Positions 8,899-17,465 of a DNA stretch of 32,000 nucleotides are shown piece by piece. The position numbers and the translations under genes are program-made. Numbering within the stretch: position 1 is the stretch's first letter; each line of letters starts with the position of its first letter. The notes beneath the pieces are model-generated. The model did no database searches, was not told where the DNA came from, and worked only from the letters and a program-made list of their open reading frames with translations. Origin of the DNA: Gemmata obscuriglobus (lineage in GTDB: Bacteria; Planctomycetota; Planctomycetia; Gemmatales; Gemmataceae); assembly GCF_008065095.1 (NCBI RefSeq), contig NZ_CP042911.1, positions 660,001 to 692,000 of the forward strand. Reading direction: 5' to 3'.

Positions 8899-10161
8899 AT
8901 GACTCGCATTTTCGCTCTCGCGACCGTTGCGGTGTTGACCGCCGCAGCGGTCGGCCAGGACCAGAACTGGGCCGACAAAACCGTCCGGCTGCGCACGACC
9001 ACCCGGCTCGGCACCAGGCAGGCCGGCGGGATCCTTCGCGACGGTGCCGAGGTGACGCTGGGCCAAACGCTCACCGTCAAGTCGGACGACGGCGTGTACC
9101 TCGAGTTCGTCGACGAGACCGGTGTCCTGTTCAAAACCGAGGTGGAGCTGTTCGCCGGCCGCGAGATGCCCCGGAAGGGCGCCCCGGCCCCCAAGATCGA
9201 TCCCGCGAAGCTGTGGGCCGCCGGGGCGAAGGTGCTGGCGAAAAGGAGCGCCAACCAGGTGCAGTTCGGGGACCGCGACGAGAAGGGCCGGTCCACGTTC
9301 TTCACGCTCACCGGCATCTCTTTTGTTGTGGTGCGGGACAACGGCGACGGCTGGGTGCGGGTCCGCGACCGGTACCGCGAGGGGTGGGTCGTCAAGGACG
9401 ACCTGGTTCCCAAAGAGGCGGCGGTCGCCCACTTCGACGCGCTGCTGAAGGCCGACCCGCAGAACAGTTGGGCGCTGTTCATGCGCGCCGCGAGCAACAA
9501 CGAAAACGGCAAGCACGACGCCGCGATCGCGGATTACACCGAGTACCTCAAGCTGTCCCCGAACAGTTCGGCCGCTCTCAACAACCGTGGCACCGTGTGG
9601 ATCAACAAGAAGGAGTATGATAAGGCCATTGAGGACTTCACCACGGTGCTGAAGGCCGACCCGAAATACGCGGTCGCTTACAGCAACCGGGGGCACGCGC
9701 TGCTGAACAAGAAGGACTACGAGAAGGCGGTGGCCGACTGCGACCGGGCGATCGAACTCGACCCGCAGTTCGCGGCGGCGGTGTGGTACCGGGCACGGGC
9801 ACTGGCGAAGCTGAAGAAGTACGACGCGGCCACCGCCGGGTTCGAGTCCGCGGCCAAACTCGACCCGTCGGCGGCGCGGCTCAACTCGCTCGCGTGGCAC
9901 CTGGCCACCTGCCCGGACGAGAAGCACCGCGACGGCAAGAAGGCGGTGGAGGCGGCGAAGAAGGCGGTCGCGCTGGACGGGGCCTGGGGGTTCCGCGACA
10001 CGCTCGCCGCGGCGCACGCCGCGGCAGGGGACTTTGAGGCGGCGGTAACCGAGCTTCAAAAGGCGCTCGAGGCGAAGGCGATCCCTGCGGGCGATCGCAA
10101 GACGTTGGAGGCGCGGCTGGAACTGTTCAAGGCGAAGAAGGCGTTCCGCGATGACGAGTGA
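8899..10161 (+). CDS. Secreted TPR-repeat protein
   Basis: Internal ATG of ORF 8581..10161. The signal-peptide-like N-terminus is MTRIFALATVAVLTAAAVGQ. At least four TPR units are visible (AIADYTEYLKLSPNSSAALNNRG, YDKAIEDFTTVLKADPKYAVAYSNRG, YEKAVADCDRAIELDPQFAAAVWYRA and others). Confidence 0.8.
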   Translation: MTRIFALATVAVLTAAAVGQDQNWADKTVRLRTTTRLGTRQAGGILRDGAEVTLGQTLTVKSDDGVYLEFVDETGVLFKTEVELFAGREMPRKGAPAPKIDPAKLWAAGAKVLAKRSANQVQFGDRDEKGRSTFFTLTGISFVVVRDNGDGWVRVRDRYREGWVVKDDLVPKEAAVAHFDALLKADPQNSWALFMRAASNNENGKHDAAIADYTEYLKLSPNSSAALNNRGTVWINKKEYDKAIEDFTTVLKADPKYAVAYSNRGHALLNKKDYEKAVADCDRAIELDPQFAAAVWYRARALAKLKKYDAATAGFESAAKLDPSAARLNSLAWHLATCPDEKHRDGKKAVEAAKKAVALDGAWGFRDTLAAAHAAAGDFEAAVTELQKALEAKAIPAGDRKTLEARLELFKAKKAFRDDE

Positions 10162-10207
10162 TGCCACATCCGGTTAAAGAGTAACGGCTCGACAGGGCAT
10201 CGGTTGT

Positions 10208-10229
10208 ACCCGCCGGCCGGCCGGCGGGT
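10208..10229. terminator. GC-only 22-nt perfect palindrome between convergent genes
   Basis: acccgccggcc/ggccggcgggt, located between the TPR gene stop (10161) and the amidohydrolase stop (10279). Confidence 0.35.
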
Positions 10230-10278
10230 GGCCCTGCAAACTACCGACGCCCTTCAATCAGACCTGGCGTCACAGCGT

Positions 10279-11865
10279 TCAACGGTGCCGTAGCACCCGA
10301 CCGCCGAGCACCTCCTGATATTCGCCGTCCTTGATCGCGGGATGACCGTTCACGAGCACCCACTTTAAGCCGGCGGCGTACTGGTGCGGCTTCTCGAAGG
10401 TGGCGGTGTCGCGGAACGCTTTCGGGTCGAACACGACGACGTCCGCGAAGTGCCCCGGCTTCAGATACCCGCGGTCGGTCAGCTTCAGGATGTCGGCCGG
10501 CAGTCCGGTGGAGCTGCGGACCGCGAACTCGACCGGAACGATCTTCTCCTCGACGGCGTAAAGGCCGATCTTCCGCGGGAACGTGCCGTAGCTCCGCGGG
10601 TGCGGGACCGTCGCGCCCGGCGCTTGAACGCCGCCGTCGCTCGCGGTCGCCACCCACGGCTGTTTCATGTAAAGCCGCACGTCCTCTTCGGTCATCCCGA
10701 AGTTGACGACCTGCGCCCCGCCGTTCCGCTCGATCTCCAGAACGATGTCGATCGGCTCCTTCTTTTCGCCCTCGGCGATGGTCGTGAGGTTCTTGCCCTG
10801 CCACTTCGGGTTCCCGGCGTAGCGCGCGATCTGGATGCGCTTACCGCCGTCCCGGCCGCCCAGGTCCTTTTCGATGTCGGCCTTGATCTTGGGGCCGGTC
10901 CGCGGGTCGTCGAGCCGGGCGACGTACTCCTTCTCGGTGCCTTCGCGGTACTTCGCGGGCACCAGCGTCGCACGCAGGGAGGTGGAACTCGCGACGTAGG
11001 GGTACTGGTCGGCGGTCACCTCCGCGCCCTTCGTGCGTGCGGCCTCGATCAGCGCGATGGCGTCACTCGACTTGCCCCACGCCGACTTGCCGCTCGCCTT
11101 GATGTGCGAGACGTGAACGCGGCACCCCGACTCCTTCCCGATGGTCAGCGCCTCTTCGATCGCCCCGAGCAGCCCGCCGCCCTCGTTGCGGATGTGGCTG
11201 GCGTACAGCCCGCCGTGCCTCGCCGCGACCTTCGCCAGTGCGACGATCTCGTCAGTTTTGGAGTAGGTGCCGGGGTTGTAGATCAGTCCCGTCGAGAGCC
11301 CCCACGCGCCGTCCCTCATGGCCCTGTCGGTGAGTTGCTCCATTCTCTTCAGTTCGTCTGCGGTGGGCGGGCGGTTGGCGTTCTTCATCACCTCCGCCCG
11401 GATGCCGTTGTGCGGGGCGAGGTGGATCACGTTCGTGCCCACGCCGCCCTCTTCGAGCTTCTTGAAGAACGCCCCGACGTCGACCGGTCCGGAACCGCAG
11501 TTGCCGGTGACCGCGAGCGTGCAGCCCTGGGCGACGTAGTTCTTGTTGAACTTGCCCGTTTTGCCCGTCAGGCCGGGGTCGCAGTGCGTGTGCAGGTCGA
11601 TGAACCCCGGGCACATCGCCAGCCCGTCGGCGTTCACCTCGCGCGCGCCCTCAACCTTTCCCACCATTCCGACGGCCGCGATCTTGTCGCCCTTGATGTG
11701 AACGTCGCCCTTCGCGGGCTTCGCGCCGGTGCCGTCGTAAATGGTGGCGCCGCGGAACACGAGGTTGGTGTCCGGGGCGTTCGGTTCGGCCCCGCATGTG
11801 GGCGGCGGTGAGCCACACGCGACGAGCGAAACGAGCAGCACACGAGCATTGGCGAAGCGACGCAT
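10279..11865 (-). CDS. N-acyl-D-amino-acid deacylase (D-aminoacylase)-like amidohydrolase, probable lipoprotein
   Basis: Internal ATG 11865 with AGGAGG 6 nt upstream. The N-terminus MRRFANARVLLVSLVAC contains a lipobox-like LVAC. Further family motifs are VFRGATIYDGTG, GDVHIKGDKIAAVG, PGFIDLHTHCD and VHVSHIKA. Confidence 0.8.
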   Translation of the reverse strand: MRRFANARVLLVSLVACGSPPPTCGAEPNAPDTNLVFRGATIYDGTGAKPAKGDVHIKGDKIAAVGMVGKVEGAREVNADGLAMCPGFIDLHTHCDPGLTGKTGKFNKNYVAQGCTLAVTGNCGSGPVDVGAFFKKLEEGGVGTNVIHLAPHNGIRAEVMKNANRPPTADELKRMEQLTDRAMRDGAWGLSTGLIYNPGTYSKTDEIVALAKVAARHGGLYASHIRNEGGGLLGAIEEALTIGKESGCRVHVSHIKASGKSAWGKSSDAIALIEAARTKGAEVTADQYPYVASSTSLRATLVPAKYREGTEKEYVARLDDPRTGPKIKADIEKDLGGRDGGKRIQIARYAGNPKWQGKNLTTIAEGEKKEPIDIVLEIERNGGAQVVNFGMTEEDVRLYMKQPWVATASDGGVQAPGATVPHPRSYGTFPRKIGLYAVEEKIVPVEFAVRSSTGLPADILKLTDRGYLKPGHFADVVVFDPKAFRDTATFEKPHQYAAGLKWVLVNGHPAIKDGEYQEVLGGRVLRHR

Positions 11866-11948
11866 CGCGACCTCCTGGGTGTCGCACCAGTGTACCGAAA
11901 CCGGCGCGCACGGCGCCAACGGGCGTGACGAATTTCGGATCTTAATTT

Positions 11949-12000
11949 GATCCCGGATTTGTCGCCGCGCCTCGGAAGGCGCGGCGACAAATCCGGGATC
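11949..12000. other. Perfect 23-bp stem / 6-nt loop hairpin in the gene-free region upstream of the amidohydrolase
   Basis: gatcccggatttgtcgccgcgcc-tcggaa-ggcgcggcgacaaatccgggatc. It lies 84 nt upstream of the minus-strand start at 11865. Confidence 0.5.
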
Positions 12001-12060
12001 TGAAACGGTTTCCAGCAACGGCCCGCCCCGGGAAGAAGGCTCACGATAAACACGTGCGGC

Positions 12061-12260
12061 ACACATAACTCGGAGCCGATCGCATATTCATGCATAAAAT
12101 GCCGATTGTTAAGCCCTCCGAAATTGTCACAAATTGCCATGCCAATAAAATGTGAGGTTTCTGCTTTCGCGATAATAAACAACAGATAGGCGAGTCGCAC
12201 CATTAGCATAATTCTCCCAAGCGACTGATTCGGACCGTTCACCCAAATTTCGAGCAACTT
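12061..12260. other. AT-rich island (~44% GC by hand count) within a ~900-bp gene-free gap
   Basis: A hand count over twenty 10-mers gives 87 G+C in 200 nt, against a much higher GC in all flanking DNA. Only one minus-strand frame is open here, and that frame has no convincing start or stop of its own. Confidence 0.5.
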
Positions 12261-12778
12261 GTTTTCGGCAGCGGATGAGTAGCCAACCGGTAGTCCGAGC
12301 ACCAGCGGATTGCCACCACGCCCCCCATCGCTCCTACTTCGTGCGCGGCTGTAACCCCCGTTACAGCCGCGCGCCGGCGGGACACTGGGACTTTTCCCGA
12401 CGCGTTGCAGCCGCCCGAGTAAGAGGGCGGCATCTCGCACCGAACCCAGTAGTTTCAAGTTCGTTGGTTGTGCGCCCGGTCCGCGTCACCAAGCGGGTGG
12501 CACCTCGGCACGTTCCGATCAAGCGATTGATCTCGTCCCCGCTGCCGCCAGCTTGAAACGACTCTCAGCATCCGTCCGTCGCGTAATGGCGTAACGCGCC
12601 GGTGCGGCTACCTATTAACCTGATGGCACCGCCCGCCCCGCCGGTCGTTTCGGGCGGCACCGGATGCGGCGTCTTCCGGTTCGATGTGCCGCACCCCTGT
12701 TGCCCCCGGCGATAGTACCGAGAATAGTCCGAGCGCCCTGGGCGTTCTCTCCGGCGCGCGTCTCTCTGGGCTTCGGGC

Positions 12779-13570
12779 ATGCCAATCGACTTCTGGACCT
12801 ACGTGTTCCTGTGCGGTTCGGCGTTCCTGGCCGGAATCATGAACGCCGTGGCCGGCGGCGGGACGCTGCTCACGTTCCCCGCGCTGACAGGCGTTCTCAG
12901 CGCGGCGATGGCGAACGGCACCAGCACCGTGGCACTCCTGCCCGGCTCGTGCGCCGGAGCGCTGGGCTACCGCAAAGAGCTGTGGGAGTGCCGGCGGTTC
13001 GTGCTGCGGATGTGCGCGCCGAGCCTCGCGGGCGGGTTCCTCGGCGCGTGGCTCGTCGGCGAGAACCAGGACGCCTTCGCCACCCTCGTACCGTGGCTGA
13101 TCCTGACGGCCGCGCTGTTGTTCGTGGCGCAGGCCCCGCTCTCGAAGTGGGTGAAGAGCCGGGCCGCACGGGACGGGGCGCAGCCCGAGCACCACGAGCC
13201 GGGCCGGATCACGCAGGCGCTGGTGATCGGGTTCCAGTTCCTGGTTGCAACTTACGGGGGGTACTTCGGCGCCGGGATCGGCATCCTGATGCTCAGCGCC
13301 TTGGGGTTCATGGGGGTGGGCGACATCCACCGCATGAACGCGGTGAAGACGTGCCTCGCGGCGCTCATCAACGCGGCGAGCGTGGTGGTCTTCGTCCGCG
13401 ACGGGCTGGTGGACTGGAACTTCGTGCTGGTCATGGCGGCGGCGGCCACGGCCGGGGGCTACATGGGCGCCCGGGTAGCGCGGCGGCTGCCGGCGAGCTA
13501 CGTGCGGTACGCGGTCATCGCGATCGGGTTCGGGCTGTCGGCGTTCTACTTCGTCAAGAAGTACGTGTAG
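12779..13570 (+). CDS. TauE/SafE (TSUP, DUF81) family anion exporter/permease
   Basis: 263 aa: MPIDFWTYVFLCGSAFLAGIMNAVAGGGTLLTFPAL, then a second half YGGYFGAGIGILMLSALG. It is polytopic and Gly-rich, consistent with the TSUP two-repeat architecture. Confidence 0.8.
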   Translation: MPIDFWTYVFLCGSAFLAGIMNAVAGGGTLLTFPALTGVLSAAMANGTSTVALLPGSCAGALGYRKELWECRRFVLRMCAPSLAGGFLGAWLVGENQDAFATLVPWLILTAALLFVAQAPLSKWVKSRAARDGAQPEHHEPGRITQALVIGFQFLVATYGGYFGAGIGILMLSALGFMGVGDIHRMNAVKTCLAALINAASVVVFVRDGLVDWNFVLVMAAAATAGGYMGARVARRLPASYVRYAVIAIGFGLSAFYFVKKYV

Positions 13571-16475
13571 CCCCGATCCGCCACCCGGTCGGCCAGAACC
13601 CGACGGCCCGAAGGCCGACGAGCAGCCGCTCGACGAGCCACGTCCCGGCGAGCATCCCGGCGAGCATCCCGGCCGTCATGCCCGCGAAGCTGAGCGCCAC
13701 GCCCGCGACCATGTTCGCCAGCGTGGTCTGGGCCGCGAGCCACCCGCCGCCGATCATCCCCAGCGCCATCCCGACGTTACCGCCGGTGTACATCGCGACC
13801 GCGTGCTCGCCCCCCGGCGCCGGCCCCTTCCCGAACCATTTCATCGCGACGTTGGCGAGCGTCAGCATCCCGACCCACATCCACGGCCTCATGACGCCCT
13901 CGCGCATGGCCTCGACGCAGCCGCAGCAGGCGTGATCGGGCAGCGCGGCGCACCCGTTGTCGGCCCACCACCCGAGCACCATCCCGAGGTTGCCGAAGGT
14001 GACCATTCCGAAACACATGTCGAGCCAGTGCGGGACGGTGCACCGGTGCCAAGCCAGTGCGAGCCCCGCGCCCACCGTCGCGAACCCGACAAGGGTGAGC
14101 GCCCCCGCGACCGGGGTGCGAAGCGCGGCGAGGAGGAGCAGGAACGCGGCGCCCTGGAGCGCGAACGCGAGCGCGTGGGCCAGACCTACCCCCCCGGCCC
14201 CCCTCCCTGAAGGGAAGGGGGAGAAAGACCCACCCCCCAGCCCCCTCCCTGAAGGGAGAGGGGAGGAAAACAAAGGACGCGCGGAAACGTTGTCGCTCGG
14301 CAAAGATTCTTTCTCCCCCTTCCCTTCAGGGAGGGGGCTGGGGGGTGGGTCTTTCTCCCCCTTCCCTTCAGGGAGGGGGGCCGGGGGGGTAGGTTCTTCG
14401 TGCCCGCACCCGACGCGCGTGGACGAGAAGATCAGCGTCAGGCTCGACACCACCATCAGCACGGCCGCGACCACCGGGTGCAGCGCCCCGCACGCGGCGA
14501 GCGTCATGCCCACGAGGTTGTACGCCACCGCGCGGGCCAGGTTCGCGCGCACGGCCCGCACCGCGCTGCGGCTCAGTTCCACCGCCCACGGCAGCGCCGA
14601 CAGGTCGCCCCCGTACAGCGTGACCGGGGCCGCGCTGACCGCGAGGTCGGTGCCGCTCGCGAGGGCCACCCCGACGTGGGCGGACGCGAGCGCAGATGCG
14701 TCGTTGATCCCGTCGCCGACGAACAGCGGCTTCGCGCCTTCGGCCCGTGCGCGCGCGACCGCGGCCCGCTTCTCGTCCGGCAGCATTCCCCCTCGCGCGT
14801 CCGGCAGCCCGAGCGCCTCGGCCCGGCCCGGAACGTCGCCGGTGAGCACTTGAACCGGCACCCCAAGCTTCGCGAAGTGTGCCAGCGCCCGAGGGGTCGA
14901 ATCGCGGAGCCGTTCCGTCAGAACCGCCACGCCGGCCCACGCCCCGTCGACGGAAATGTGAACCGTCTTGCTCCCGTCTGGTTCCGGCGCGCCCGCACCC
15001 GCCGCGGCCCATTCCGCGACGCCGGCCTTCACCTCGTGCCGCGTCCCGTCGGTTTCGACCAGTTGCGCGACCACACCGCACCCCGGGACCGCGTGCAGCG
15101 ATTCTACCCGCGGCTCGGCGCCCGGTGCGAACGGCCGGGGGAGTTCGGCGAACGGCTTCGCCACCGGGTGCGAACTCTGAGCCTGCACCAGCGACAGCCA
15201 CCCGAGCAGTTTCGCGCGCTCCGCCCCGACCGCGACCGTCCGGACATCGACCAGAGCGAACGCGTCGTCGGTCAGGGTGCCGGTCTTGTCGAACATCACG
15301 CGATCGACGGCCGCGAGGCGCTCGAGCGCGTCCCCGCTGTTCACGATCACCCCGCGCTCCGCGAGCCGGTTCAGCGCGGACCAGACCACCACCGGCGTCG
15401 CCAGCCCGATCACGCACGGGCACGCGACCAGCAGCACCGACATGGCGTTGAACAGCCCGACCTCCCACCCGGCCCCGGCGCCCAGGGACCAGTACGCGAA
15501 CGTCCCGAGCGCGGTGAACACGACCAGGGGGAAGAGCCACCGCCCGAGCCGGTCGGCGCGGCTCTGGAGCGACAGCGGCTTGTCGCGCGCCTCTTCGACC
15601 ACTTTCAGGAGCCGGTCGATCTCGCGCTCGCGGCCGCTGGCCGTCGCGGTCACACGAAAGGCGGCGTCGAAGCTGGCCGAGCCGGCGAGGACGCGGTCGC
15701 CGGGCCGGCGCACCACCGCGAACGGCTCGCCGCTCACGGCGGACTCGGACACGAAGCCGGTGCCGTCGCGAACGAGCCCGTCCACGGGGACCAGTTCGCC
15801 GGGGTGAACCTCCACCACGTCGCCGGGCCGCACGTCCGCGACCGCCACCGTCCGCGCGGCCCCGTCCGCGCCCAGCAGGCGGCACAGGCTGAGCCGGTCG
15901 CCCCAGGCCCGCGAGCCGGCCAGCGCGGCGGCGCGGGACCGCGCCCCGATCACCTTCCCGAGCGTGTAAACGACCAGCAGAACCGACACGACCTCGAAGT
16001 AGATTTTGCCGCGCCCGGTGAGGTGCGCTTGAAGGGACGCGGCCAGCGCCCCGGTGGCCGTGAGGAGAAAGAGGGCCTCGATGGTGAGCCGACCGCGGCG
16101 CAGCTCGCGCGCGGCGGCGCGGACCAGCGGCCCGCCCAGGAGCGCCGCGACCAGGGCCGTGCCCGCGAGAATGCCCCACTGGGCGAGGTCGCGGGCCGCC
16201 GGGGGCACGTCGTCGTGGACGTTCAGCGCGAGGCCGAAGATCATCGACTGGCCGACGACCAGCACCCCGACCCCGAGGCGCCACCCGAGTTGCGCGAACT
16301 CCGGTTCAGCGCCGGCCCCGCACGCGCCCGCCCCGCACGCGCGCTCGGCGACCGCGAGGCAGCCGAAACAGCAGTAGAGTGGCGCGGGGCGGTCGCCGTC
16401 GGCGCGGCCGGCGTACCCGGCCCCGGTGATCGGCCCGTGACAGTTCGCGCAGGTGGTCATGTTCGCTTTTTGCAT
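13554..16475 (-). CDS. ccoI: CcoI/FixI-type Cu-transporting P1B-ATPase, fused in frame through a repeat-encoded linker to a C-terminal 6-TM Cys/Met-rich domain
   Basis: ORF 13554..16577; the start was chosen at internal ATG 16475 (alternative 16460). The N-terminal Cys-rich region is TTCANCHGP...LYCCFGCLAV. ATPase motifs present are SAVSGEP, the TM CPC motif (LLVACPCVIGLATP), DKTGTLT and GDGINDA. After ...LTLIFSSTRV comes repeat-encoded PLPEGKGEK.../SPFPSGRGAGG, and then about 200 aa of membrane domain. Confidence 0.8.
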   Translation of the reverse strand: MQKANMTTCANCHGPITGAGYAGRADGDRPAPLYCCFGCLAVAERACGAGACGAGAEPEFAQLGWRLGVGVLVVGQSMIFGLALNVHDDVPPAARDLAQWGILAGTALVAALLGGPLVRAAARELRRGRLTIEALFLLTATGALAASLQAHLTGRGKIYFEVVSVLLVVYTLGKVIGARSRAAALAGSRAWGDRLSLCRLLGADGAARTVAVADVRPGDVVEVHPGELVPVDGLVRDGTGFVSESAVSGEPFAVVRRPGDRVLAGSASFDAAFRVTATASGREREIDRLLKVVEEARDKPLSLQSRADRLGRWLFPLVVFTALGTFAYWSLGAGAGWEVGLFNAMSVLLVACPCVIGLATPVVVWSALNRLAERGVIVNSGDALERLAAVDRVMFDKTGTLTDDAFALVDVRTVAVGAERAKLLGWLSLVQAQSSHPVAKPFAELPRPFAPGAEPRVESLHAVPGCGVVAQLVETDGTRHEVKAGVAEWAAAGAGAPEPDGSKTVHISVDGAWAGVAVLTERLRDSTPRALAHFAKLGVPVQVLTGDVPGRAEALGLPDARGGMLPDEKRAAVARARAEGAKPLFVGDGINDASALASAHVGVALASGTDLAVSAAPVTLYGGDLSALPWAVELSRSAVRAVRANLARAVAYNLVGMTLAACGALHPVVAAVLMVVSSLTLIFSSTRVGCGHEEPTPPAPLPEGKGEKDPPPSPLPEGKGEKESLPSDNVSARPLFSSPLPSGRGLGGGSFSPFPSGRGAGGVGLAHALAFALQGAAFLLLLAALRTPVAGALTLVGFATVGAGLALAWHRCTVPHWLDMCFGMVTFGNLGMVLGWWADNGCAALPDHACCGCVEAMREGVMRPWMWVGMLTLANVAMKWFGKGPAPGGEHAVAMYTGGNVGMALGMIGGGWLAAQTTLANMVAGVALSFAGMTAGMLAGMLAGTWLVERLLVGLRAVGFWPTGWRIGATRTS
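14184..14394. repeat. ~210-nt composite palindromic (MITE/REP-like) element lying inside the ccoI reading frame
   Basis: The left arm is acctacccccccggcccccctccctgaagggaagggggagaaagacccaccccccagccccctccctgaaggga. Its reverse complement recurs at about 14310-14394, with roughly 74 nt exact. Each arm holds two tandem copies of a ccctccctgaagggaaggggg(a)gaaag unit. The symmetry centre is aacgtt near 14288/14289. Both strands translate to the same peptides (PLPEGKGEK / SPFPSGRG). Confidence 0.85.
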
Positions 16476-16480
16476 CGGCC

Positions 16481-16546
16481 GCACAGGGCCGGCGGGGGCG
16501 CACCGGGCGGGAGCCCTGTGCGCCCATTCACGCCGCTCTCGCCTGG
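16481..16546. repeat. Intergenic repeat, family A copy 1, between the cytochrome c gene and ccoI
   Basis: The 34-nt string ggagccctgtgcgcccattcacgccgctctcgcc (16510-16543) is identical to 19961-19994. It is preceded by a 9-bp inverted match, gcacagggc...gccctgtgc. Confidence 0.8.
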
Positions 16547-16589
16547 TGCGCGCCCGCCGGCTGTACACCCGGACCAACCGACAGCCGGG

Positions 16590-17465
16590 TCACTTCTTCG
16601 GCGCCGGCGGGTCGGCGTAGTCCTTCGGGAACTTCTCTTGCAGCTCGGCTGCGGTCACCGAGTCGCGCTTGCCGTCCTTCGCCCGGGCGGCGCGCACGGT
16701 GGCGGCGGTGATCGCCGGCTTCTTGTCGTCCGGATCGGCTTTGTTCGACCAACTGTTGCGCACGTAGGTCAGCACGCCCGCGATCTCGTAGTCCTTGAGC
16801 TGGTCCGCGTGCGGCGGCATGGCGGCGGCGCCCCACGCGGTGCGCGGCACCTGCGGTGACTTCACCTCGATGTTCCCCTTCAGCCCGTACAGCACGATGC
16901 GCGACAGCCGCGCCGGCGACGACTGGTCGCCCGTGACCCAGTTCGACCCGTCGAGCGGCGGGATGTTCTCCGCGGGCTTGCCCAGCCCTTCCGGCAGGTG
17001 GCACGCGGCGCAGATGGCGTTGTACTTGCGCCCGCCGATCGCCTTCAGTTCCTCGACCGTTTGCGGGTCCGGGTCGGTGACCGGCCCGGCCACCGGGGTG
17101 GCGACCGGGTTCGGCTCGTCGTACACGTCGGCGCGGAAGTCGGCGGAGTTGGAGCCGACGTAGAACCCGCCCCACATGAGCAGCGCGCCGCACACCACCG
17201 CCACCCAGAACGGCACCGGCTCGAACCCGTCGCGGGGCTCGGCCTGCTCGCGCATCAGCACGTCGTGCATCGACTGCACCGAGTCCGCGCCGCCGGCCCC
17301 GGGCTCGTCCACCGCGGTGTCGTCCACGCCGTCGGCGGTGAGCATCACCGGGTCGTTCATCTGCGCCATGTGGGCGCGGTGCAGGTCCTGGACCGAGTCG
17401 CCGCCGGTGGGGACCACGGGGGCGTCGGTGCGGATCGGGGCGTTGGTCGGGTTGGTGTCGCTCAT
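16590..17465 (-). CDS. Membrane-anchored monoheme c-type cytochrome in the CcoP position of the cbb3 operon
   Basis: Internal ATG 17465 overlaps the ccoO stop (ATGA), with GGAGG upstream. 291 aa: an acidic N-terminal region, one TM segment (FWVAVVCGALLMWGGFYVG), a single CAACH heme motif and a distal AAMPP Met ligand candidate. Confidence 0.75.
   Translation of the reverse strand: MSDTNPTNAPIRTDAPVVPTGGDSVQDLHRAHMAQMNDPVMLTADGVDDTAVDEPGAGGADSVQSMHDVLMREQAEPRDGFEPVPFWVAVVCGALLMWGGFYVGSNSADFRADVYDEPNPVATPVAGPVTDPDPQTVEELKAIGGRKYNAICAACHLPEGLGKPAENIPPLDGSNWVTGDQSSPARLSRIVLYGLKGNIEVKSPQVPRTAWGAAAMPPHADQLKDYEIAGVLTYVRNSWSNKADPDDKKPAITAATVRAARAKDGKRDSVTAAELQEKFPKDYADPPAPKK

Noticed and set aside
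9838-9850. tRNA T-arm-like string gggttcgagtccg
   Set aside because: It lies inside the TPR coding sequence (..AGFESAAK..). The flanking bases do not form a T-stem or an acceptor stem.
11634-12458. 274-aa minus-strand ORF spanning the AT-rich island
   Set aside because: Only the ~70 codons inside the island look protein-like. The flanks are Arg/Pro-rich junk, the 3' end overlaps the amidohydrolase gene out of frame, and there is no SD or sensible start. I kept it only as a possible gene remnant (see the finding for 11866-12778).
14184-14394. Autonomous mobile element (IS or transposon) at the palindromic repeats
   Set aside because: There is no transposase or integrase ORF anywhere in the window, and I could see no clear target-site duplications. 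At most these are non-autonomous MITE/REP-like elements.
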